Below, piece by piece: positions 24,590 to 35,100 of a DNA stretch of 64,000 nucleotides; position 1 is the first letter of the stretch, and every line of letters begins with the position of its first letter. The translations under genes were made by a program, and so were the position numbers. Where the stretch lies: contig JBEUKZ010000075.1 in the NCBI GenBank assembly GCA_048128005.1, positions 62,001-126,000 of the forward strand, written 5' to 3'. Source of the DNA: Veleropilina oligotropha (Eukaryota). Below the pieces are notes generated by a model, which saw only the letters and a list, made by a program, of their open reading frames with translations, was not told where the DNA came from and did not search any database.

Positions 24590-26000
24590 TAACTTTAGTT
24601 ATCACAATAGTGATCACAATAGTGATCAAGTGCCCTCACAAAAGCCCTTGAACCAGGAATGTTCAGGCTGTCGCAGTGACCTACTTTTGGTACCCGATAT
24701 ACTTTTGAGTTATACACACATCAAGTTTTGTGTCCTTTGGCCAAATAGTACTATGGGAGATGTGGAGAGAAGAGAATTTTGGACTGAATGCGGTGAAACG
24801 TGAAAAGTATGGTTGAGTTATCACCGTAGAGATCATAGTCATATGCCCCCATAAAAGCCCTTGACCCAGGAACAGGCTGTCGCAGTGACCTACTTTTGGT
24901 ACCTGACACATTTTTAGTTATACACACATCAAGTTTCATGTCCTTTGGCCAAATAGTATGGAAGATATGCAGCGGAAGGAAATTTTGGACTGAATGCGGT
25001 GAAACGTGAAAAGTAGGGCGCAGTGGCCTACTTTCGGTACCTTTGGGTTATAACGCATTCACCCATCAAATTTAATGTCCCTAAGTCAAATGGTATCGGA
25101 GATATGGAGCGGAGATATGGAGCGGAGATATGGAGTGGAAGGGAATTTTGAACCAAATGTGGTCAAGCGCGAAAAGTAGGTCGTGGTAACCTACTTATGG
25201 TACGCAGCATTATTATGACACATACAGACTATGGGAGATATGGAGCGGAAGGGAACTTTGGACTGAATACATTGAAACATGGAAAGTAGCCCACTAGGGC
25301 TAATGTCTTAGGGGTAAGTTGGTCAAAATCAAACTGTTGCAAACTAAACTACAGTTATCATCATCTGTACCAAGTTGTCATCTCCTAACATAATTGATAG
25401 TTGGTCATTTCATGGAACACTGCAATGGGTGACATTGCCTTTAATCTACTCAGAGATATTATCTGCCTTGTGATAAGGCACGCAGGGTGTTATCTCTTTT
25501 CAATAATGAGTTTAAATGGCCTAACACTAAAACAAGGAATAAATTTCTTGCTAACAGTGACATTGAGTGCTATGTGGTCAATAATGATAATGAGATACCG
25601 CACATATTAAACTTTATACTGTACATTGGTGCTGATTTTATATTCAAAACCATGTGTACATAACGTTAAACAAGAGACATTATTCAACATGCCACCAAAC
25701 CTACTTAACCTACTCTACTTAGTCTTAATGCTACAATTGAACTTAACATGTCATGTTGAATAAAATAGTTTAGTACTGATTTTTGTCGATTCTCTATATG
25801 CCGTATAATATCATGAATATAATGATGGTTAAAGCTTGAGAAATTTGGCTCGAGAAATTTGCATGTGGCTAAAATTTTGGCTAAGAAAAATATGTAAGCG
25901 GCGCTGGCCCTGCAATGGACAGACCGACCGAGGCGGCAGACATGCTGAATAATATATATATATGTCAAGCCTAAAATTCATTTGTGGGAGCATAATAAAA
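24590..26000 (-). mobile_element. HINE (same family as 26154-28170), degraded
   Basis: Shares GTGATCA..TGCCC.CAC.AAAGC..TTGA.CCAGGAA and GATATGGAGCGGAAGGGAATTTT units; GACC microsatellite and TTTGTGGGAGCATAA end. Confidence 0.7.
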
Positions 26001-26153
26001 GGACTAAAATCATTAAATTAAATGATGAATTTTTCAAAATGTATACACTTTTTCTGTAAATATTAGTCTTTAGAATAAGTTATGAAGTCAGAATTGTGAT
26101 TTGTCTTACAAATTTCCACAGGTCTGGAAAATTGGTGTTTTCAAAACATCAAC

Positions 26154-28170
26154 AACTAGAGCTATCACAGGAGTGATCACATGCCCCCACGAAAGCGTTT
26201 GACCCAGGAACAGGCTGTTGCATACACACATGAAGTTTCATGTCCCTCAGTCAAATAGTATAGGAGATATAATAATAATAATAATTTATTTCTTAATAGC
26301 GCATTATACATTATGAATGCCTCAATGCTCTTTACACTAAGAATATAACAGTAAAAGACTTACTACCTAAGTTATAAATAGGATAAAAAGAATAAAGGTT
26401 GATGATAAGAATTAACTATTAAAACAAGCATATAAAAGGTAAAAAATGAAAATAAAACAAGTAGATACTAATAAGAGCATATAAAAAGGTAAAAAAAGAA
26501 TATAAAGCAAGTAATTATACTGTTCTAATCTAGGACATGAATAAATGCGATTTTAGTCTCGATTTAAATGTTTGAATTGTGTCCGCATTTTTTACATTTG
26601 CTGGTAGCTCATTCCATAGCTTTGGTGCCGCTGATGAAAAGGCTCGGTTTCCATATAATATTGTTCGGGTCCTCTGAGAAACTAGTTTGTTCAGGAAATT
26701 AGATTGCAGTGTTCGTTGTTGTCTTGATGTTTGAATATTTTAGTTTGCATATGTACGGTGGAGCTTGATGATGTAGCGCTTTGTAGGTAATGAGAAGTAT
26801 CTTGAATTCTATTCGCTTGGTCACTGGAAGCCAATGTAGTGAATTTAAAACAGGAGTGATGTGATCTCTGCATTTGGTTTTAGATACGAGATGGGCAGCT
26901 GTATTTTGAACACGTTGAAGACGGTTTAATAAGACATCCGGTAGTCCATACAAAAGTGAGTTGCAGGAATCAAGCCGAGAAGTGACAAATGCATGTACAA
27001 GTCGTTCCGTACATTCTTGGTTCAAAAAGTTCCTAATTTTGCTAATTTTATGGATGACGAATGAAGCAGCACGACAAATGTTATTGACATGAGACTTCAT
27101 GTTATGATGTTCATCAAGGATAATTCCAAGGTCTCTAGCAGAAACTGATGGTCGAACGAGACAGTCACCGATTTTTATGCTCGTGATGGCGATGGTCTTT
27201 ACTTGTATCGATATGGAGCGGAAGGGAATTTTAGACTGAATGCGGTCATGTGAAAAGTAGGTCGCAGTGACCTACTTTCATTACGCGACATACCTTCAGT
27301 TATGACGCATACACATATATGAAGTTTCATGTCCCTCGGTCTAATAGTATGGAAGATATGGAGCGGAAGGAAATTTTAGACCAAATGAGGCCATGTGAAA
27401 AGTAGGTCGCGGTGACCTACTTTAGGTACACGACAAACCTTTGGCTTGTGACCAATGAACACATCAAGTTTCGTGTCCCTCGGTCTAATAGTATGGAAGA
27501 TATGGAGCGGAAGGGAATTTTAGACCAAATGAGGTCGTCCGAAAAGTAGGTCGCAGTGACCAACTTTTGGTACGCGACACACCTTTGGGTTATGACGCAT
27601 ACATACATCAAGTTTCATGTCCCTCAGTCGAATAGTATGGGAGATATGAAGCGGAAGAGAATTTTGGATTAAGTGGTCAAGCATGAAAAGTAGGTCGTGG
27701 TGACCTACTTTTGGTACGCGACACCTTTGTATTATGACGCATGCACACATCAAGTTTCATGTCCCTCGGTCAAATAGTATGGGAGATAAGGAGCGGAAGG
27801 GAAGTTTGGATAAAGTGCAGTCAAGCATGAAAAGTAGGTAGTGGTGACCTACTTTCAGTACGCGACACACCTTTGGGTTATGACGCATGCACACATCAAG
27901 TTTCGTGTCCCTCGGTTAAATAGTATGGGAGATATGGAGCGGAAGGGAATTTTAGATTCAGTGCAGTCAAGCATGAAAGTAGGTCGCAGTGACCTACTTT
28001 TGGTACGCGACACACCTTTGGGTAATGACGCATGCACACATAAAGTTTCATGTCCATCAGTCAAATAGTGTCCGAGATATGGACCGGAAGGGAATTTGCA
28101 ACAGACCGGCCGACAGACAGACAAGCTGACTCCTATATGCCCTCCCTAAACTTCGTTTGTGGGGGCATAA
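26154..28170 (-). mobile_element. HINE with ~144-bp tandem array (27210-28100), interrupted by an L2 LINE
   Basis: AACTAGAG end, subTIR ATGCCCCCAC (26181) / GTGGGGGCAT (28159), (GACA)n microsatellite, about 6-7 repeat units. Confidence 0.85.
26271..27209 (-). mobile_element. 5'-truncated CR1/L2-group LINE (ORF2 C-terminus + 3' UTR), frameshifted
   Basis: ARDLGIILD...LVHAFVTSRLDSCNSLLYGLP...LHWLPVTKRIEFKILL, then GNRAFSSAAPKLWNELP...FKSRLKSHLF; (TAT)n tail; GATAT direct repeat at 26266 and 27210. Confidence 0.9.
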
Positions 28171-29184
28171 TAAGATCAAATTTGAAACACGGGAAATAAC
28201 GTTATCAATAATTATCACACAATGTTAAAGTTAGGGGAGATACCCAGGTCCCATAACTCGAAGCAAACGTTAAATAGTTTAATACCTACACATGTGCTAG
28301 TTTGGTTTTAAGCATGCCTAAACCAGTCGCTATGCATGCGGTATATATACACACAAGCAAAGTGTAACTGGAAAGGTTTAATACATAGCGGCGATGGGTA
28401 ATATCCAAAATACGTACATCATTACATAATTGAGAATTTTGTGTACATTTTCGTTCGTCATTATTGGATAGACAATTGACTGATCGCATGTGCAGCAATG
28501 TTAAGGATGCAAATAAAGTCTGCAATACAATGGTAATAAAACACGCTTTAATTTAAAAAAAATATTGTCCTTATTTTTATAATTATTATAAGTTAGTTAA
28601 GAGAATTGTTTGTTTTCTTAAGTTGAGAAAATCAAGTAGTTGATGCTAATTACATCCATGGCCAGGGGTCAAATTCCCTGGTTAAAATTCAGTAAGAGAA
28701 GGTGAATGGATATCTTTATAAATATTAACAAGAGCTGTCAGAAGGACAGCATGCTCGACTATCAAAAGCTGGATCGATGAAAATGCCATAATGAAAACAA
28801 CTGTAAGAAGTTTGAAAGGTGTATTGGTATTGCACGTCTTTACTACATGGAAAAGTCATACACCAAATGTGGTTCAATGCCGCACAGTGGTTTTAGCGAT
28901 AGCATTATAGATTGACAGACAGACAGAGATAATCATTGTTGTTTGGATCTTACATTAATTTTGTCTTATCGAGACAGATATTCCTCTAAACTTACCATGC
29001 AATAATGGCTGCTGTCTTTCATTTGTAGTCTTGGTGGGAAATGCTGGCTTAAGTAAGGAGGTTCATGACATTTTGTAGCCATGGTTTAACCGACATCACT
29101 GACAATCTTCCCAACTAACTGTCCCAAGGCTGCTGCTATTATGTCCTTTTCACTCCTGTCAATTCATGCGGTATATAGAGTTGT

Positions 29185-32100
29185 TTAAAGGCCACAAAGC
29201 ATTGGAAAGGAAATATACACAGCCTTGTGGTCAGAGAAGTAGGACTCCAGGACTCCACAGCTTACACTTTGTTGGTTGAAATCTTTGCTGACTAGTATCA
29301 GATCCAACAGTGAAGTAAAATCTGTTGTCACTTCTTTAACCAACTGATCACAATGAAGAATATCCAGAATATAGTGGCTGTCAATATTGAACAAGTTGAC
29401 ATTGAAATCCCCAAGGATGATGTATGGCACATTTTTTACAGCCAATCTGTAGTTTAAATCTGTGAGGAATTCTTTGAGACATGCCACTGATGTTTTTGGA
29501 GAAACATAGATGCCTACAACAGTTAGCAGCGACTGGGTTTCCATATGATTCAAATCAATGATTACTGTTTCTATATACGATGTTCCTTTTGAATGAATAT
29601 AACTGGCCAAATGTACTAAAGTTCCACATTTTATGTATGTTGCCAAACCATAGTGCTTACAGACACTGCTGTCATATCTTTGCAATGAATATCCAGGAAT
29701 TTTGTAGATCTCCGAGTTATCTTTACTGGTAAGCTTAGTCTCCGCTAATATGTTTATGTCTGCCATAGAATAATGTTCACAGTGAACAATATCTGGAAAG
29801 TGTTTGCGAAGCGACCGAACATTGTGGAAAATAATGCGTGTACCAGAACTGTTTTGAAGCGGACAACACAGACATATGGGGTCTTTTCTCAGTCTCTCTA
29901 TTTCTTTCACTACATCTTTGTCAACTTTTGTTTTCATGATGTTTAGATTTCTAATTTTTAAATTTTCGAGTTTGGTTATTCTTGAGAGTCCAACGTAATG
30001 TGCATGAGGGAACTGTCTCCCTGAAAAGTCGACAACAAGTTGTGTCATGGTGTCTCCCTGACATCTGTGTAAAGTTTTAGCAGTGGCACACCTTATAGGA
30101 AATTGGTCCCGCATCACTTGAGCCGATTTATACCTTCCTACACCAAATTGTCTTTTAATTCTTAATAATGGTGTCCACGAGGGATCAATATGCTTGTTAT
30201 ATAGTTTCTTATTTTCTTGTCTGCATGTTTTTCCCATGTTGTCATCTTCAAATTTCACCCACATATGAAAGTATCTGCCACATTTATCCTTAGGACCGAC
30301 AGCCATAAGTACACATGGAGCTCCATTGGCCATACCATCCTCAACATCGACATTGCAAGTCAACTCATTTCTTATTCCAATAGCTGTTTTCACCTCTGTA
30401 TTGAGGTTCATGGTCTTTGAAGCATCTTCAGGAATGTTTGACAGGATACGATCCATAATTTCGTGTGTAATATCTCCAACAACTACATCAAGTGCCCTAT
30501 TAGTCACTTTCTTTGAAAACTGGTTTTCACACACTAATGAGTTATGGTTTTCAACTTCTTTCCTGGTTAGATATATGTGAGGTACTGATAGTGGATATTC
30601 AGGATGACTTAGATCAGTTTCAATAAGATTTTTGTTCAGAAGTTCAACATCTGAGGCAGTCTGTTTATTTTCTCTGAAGCGATTTAGTAACTCAGCAAAC
30701 AGCTTAGAGTCCTTTTGTCTCATGATCTGATTTAGCTCGAACATAGAAAAGTTTTCCTTCCAGATATTTGCTGCAATTGGTCCATATTCACGAAACAAAT
30801 TGGAGAATATCCAACCATCAAACACAGGTTTTAATTGAAATAGATCGCCGACTGCTAAAATAGACACTCCACCAAAGATTTTTGAAGAACCCATAACCTG
30901 CTGGAGTCTATTGTTTATAAAAGCAAACATGTGGTTTCCAACCATGGATATCTCATCTATGATAACCAATTTCACTTCGGAAAATTTTGATCTCATGGTA
31001 TTTAGCTTGTCACTAGTAAGAGGTGTATACGAAAAACCTTGACTGGCAGGTATTGAAAACAGAGAGTGCAACGTATTGCCTTTTATAAGATATGCCGCTT
31101 TTCCAGTAGGTGCACCAAGTAAAACCTTCGGCTGATCTGGATTGGATCCTGCTCTCGAGTTGAAATACCTTAGAAGAGACTGATAAATTGCTTTTACGAC
31201 CACTGTTTTTCCAACTCCAGCCCCTCCACTTAGAAATGTATAAATAGGTTTGTCAGTTGTTTTAAATGTATGCAAAATGTATGTAAAGAACCGTTTTTGA
31301 TCAACATTTAAACTTTTCACCAGACTGTAATATTCTTCATCCGGAAGGCAGTTTTTTATCAGCTCTACTTTTGATGCTGATACAGTGTTGGAAAATTCAG
31401 AATATTGTGCTACATCCTCTGACAAAGGTGCCAAAATGTTATATTCTGTACTGTCTTTTTCACCAGTTTCTTCATCTTGTTGTTCAGTATGTTCAGTCTG
31501 TGGGGCTACTTCATTCCATCCTACCTTCAACTGTTCTTCCAACATACTTTTTAGAGTATCAACAGCTTTTTCCATCTCCACCGAGTTGTGGTTATATTCA
31601 TGCATTTTAGTTTCAATCTGACTGTCATTCTGAATGGTTAGAAATTTCTCGGTGTAAGACTTGCTGTCACCTATGATTGACTCTTCATGTCTCCATTGAT
31701 GGAATAAGAGTAAAATTTCTCGAAAATAATTTTCCTGGTCATGTGACTGTTGATATCTGACATATCTAATGACGGCTGGTTTCCTTCTCAATTTTAGTAC
31801 ATTGCCATCACATAGTTTCAAATTAGAAGGATCCTCATCTGCGACACCATCATCTATATCTTCTTCTGGTTCACTCTCATGTTTGCCTGACCATCTCTTT
31901 TTATAGGCAACTTTGTATTTCGAGCAAAAATCTGCAAGACATACAGTTTCAAGTGATTTAGGTCGTTCTGAATACCTTGTCAACAAACTTGTTGTTTCTA
32001 TTTCAGTCGAGTCATCTGGCAGTTGTTGTATGATACTTGAAGTCTTCAACATAACCACACGGCTTTCTTGAGGAGATGTGTTCACAAAGACTACCTCTGT

Positions 32101-35100
32101 AGATGCATGCTTTAGCGGCATTTGCAATATGAAATAGACGGCCTCCTGAGCAGATATTTCTACATGGTTCAGAAATTTGAAGCCTACAGAACGTACTTGC
32201 TGACAAATGTCATTATTTCCTTGTTTTGCTTCCTGCACAGCATGATACAAGAGGTTAGACATACCACGCTGTGATTTTGCTATGTATGTTACCACATAAA
32301 CAGCACACGCATATGCATCTAACACGAATTGTATGTCTATATTGGCTCTCCAACACTTCAATAAAGTTTCATTGTATGCATTCAGTCTTGTTTCATGGAC
32401 ATTTCGCTTCAAAAAGAGCTTCTTTGAAGAAATGGAAGACCTAACAGCAAGGAAATACTCTTCCTCTGTAAGTTCCAATGAAGAAATCAATTCTTCGAAA
32501 GTCATTATCATCAGGGTTTCTTTTTTGAATTCATTCAACTTTTTAGTAACTTTTTTCCAGTTGCCTTCATGCAATTTAACCTCATCAAGGAAATGGGTTT
32601 CCTCAAGAGGCTTTAAAATACAGGTATGTGGCATTGGTGGTATGGGATAATTAAATCGACAGACATCTTTCCCCTTTTTTCTACACGTTCTGGTGTGATT
32701 ATGTTCCTGTAATCCAATAAGAGAGTCCATAGAGTCATCTCTTTCACATGACACATATGTGTCCACAAAGCTAACAACTTCATTTTCAACTTCTTCACTT
32801 ACATCTTTGTCATCTGATGGCAACTGGGGAGCATTTTCCACCCATGCTAACATATGGATATGCGGACTGCCTCTCATTTGGAATTCTACCTTGTAGAAGA
32901 AGTCTTTGATTTTACCCACTGGATTATGTGAACCAAGCAAAACACAATAAATGAGTTGTTTGACTTGATGTTGAAAATGTCTCGAGCAGGTGACTGGGTC
33001 CTTTCTAATCAATTCAGACTTTTCAAAAAATGTCAACTTCAGAACCTCTTCCTGTGACAACACAATACCATTGACAGTTTGTGATAAGATTTGCAGTAGA
33101 TGGATCCATCTTGTTTCAGCGGAGGAAAATGACATAAACCATGTTGGAATTCCTAATATCCTCAACATGGCAAATAAATCTTTCTTTGTCTTTTCCCAAT
33201 AAGGGGGTGATCCCCGAAGGTCCTTGAAAAGTTTATAACCTTCATCTAAATGACACAGTTTCTTTATGTTTTCAGGTGATTTCAGTTCCCCAGCTGTTTT
33301 ATTCACTCTTCCTTTTGATTTTCTAAGAATTAAGTTAGACTTTTCAAAAATATGTTTGGTCTGTAATTTCTTTAATTTAAAAAACAAATTTGGTATATGA
33401 CTTGCAACTCTCCTATCTGATCTTCTCAATTCAGATTTACATATGTCATTGTAACTAATTCTTTGTAAGACCTTTCTTTTCTGTCCACAGAAAATTGTTG
33501 GAAATGAAAGTTCTTCTGCATATTTGTCAGTAAACATACTTATTGGATGGTTTCCTTCTCCTGGAGCTATTGACAATACCTCTGAATCACCAGTCAACAC
33601 ATTCTCTTCTTGTAGCATTGTATCTAAAGTTCCAGCAGGCTGTTGTTCAGGTGATGTTTCATCCCAAGTATTGTTGTCGGGTAAATTCTCTGAGTTGACA
33701 TTTTCAACATTTGTAGCATGGCATGCATGGTCAGAATGGGGTTGTTCATTTATTTTATTATTTATGCTTGGATCCTCATTAACTGAAGTATCATCCCAGT
33801 TTTCATTCATGGTAATGCCTTCTTCTTTATATAGATCACCATTATTTATCAGGTAAGATATGGCTTTTATTACAATATTTGGACGAACAGTTTGAAAATT
33901 AACACAGTGTGTGTTTGATATTTTCCTCTTGAATTTCAGTGGTATACACTCATTATCATTACAGTTCCTAGGAAGACGGGTTATAGTACTGTAAATATTG
34001 GCAGGAACATTCACCACATTTCCAGTCAAACTAATCTGCCCACCACGTGGTAGTTCGTGTAATTGCATAAAAGGTATCCGAGGGGCAATAAGTCTTTCCT
34101 CTAAATTGGTTATGTTTAAAATGGGATCCTTTTGTGGAAAACTCAGGTTTGCCTTGCAAAGTGGAGGTATTTTTTGTCTTTTAACATATGTTAGGCATGT
34201 CAAACAAATCCACTCTTGATCATTTTCACTTTTAACATTGGTAATTACTTTAGATGCAAACTGCATGTCCTTCGTTTGGACAGACCTGGCTAGTTTTACA
34301 CTGTATCGATACCAGAGTTGATCACAACATGTGCATATATATGTAGGCCCATCATGTACAGAATTATGAAACGACTGAATTAAATCTTCTGTTGTTGCTT
34401 CGCTTTGTTTTCTATGATGTTGTTCCTTCTCATGTTTTTTATAAACATTGTCCGATCTTTTCAGCTGTTTATGTTCTTTCTCTCTATATCGATTGTCAAA
34501 ACTATCACGTTTCATTTTATTTTGTATTTGCTTTTCTCTGGAATTTGATCTTTTAACTCGTTTAATCTCCCTCTCTATTTCTCTACTATGTATACTTTCT
34601 CTTTTCCGTTTGTTTTCTTCAAACCTAAATTCGAAATCCATTCTCATGTGTTCCTTATAGTCTTTTTCCATTTCCCTACCTTTAACATATGCTCTCTTAT
34701 TTTCATTTTCCACTTTGCGCACGTCAACATTAGTTCTTCTGATTCTTTTATGGTCTTTTTCCATTTCCCTACCTTTAACATATGCTCTCTTATTTTCATT
34801 TTCCACTTTGCGCACGTCAACATTAGTTCTTCTGATTCTTTCATAGTCCCTTTCCTTTTCCCTGCCTTTAGCATCTGCTCTCTTATTTTCATTTTCCACT
34901 TTGCGCACGTCAACATTAGTTCTTCTGATTCTTTTATGGTCTTTTTCCATTTCCCTACCTGTAACATATGCTCTCTTATTTTCATTTTCCACTTTGCGCA
35001 CGTCAACATTAGTTCTTCTGATTCTTTCATAGTCCCTTTCCTTTTCCCTGCCTTTAGCATCTGCTCTCTTATTTTCATTTTCCACTTTGCGCACGTCAAC

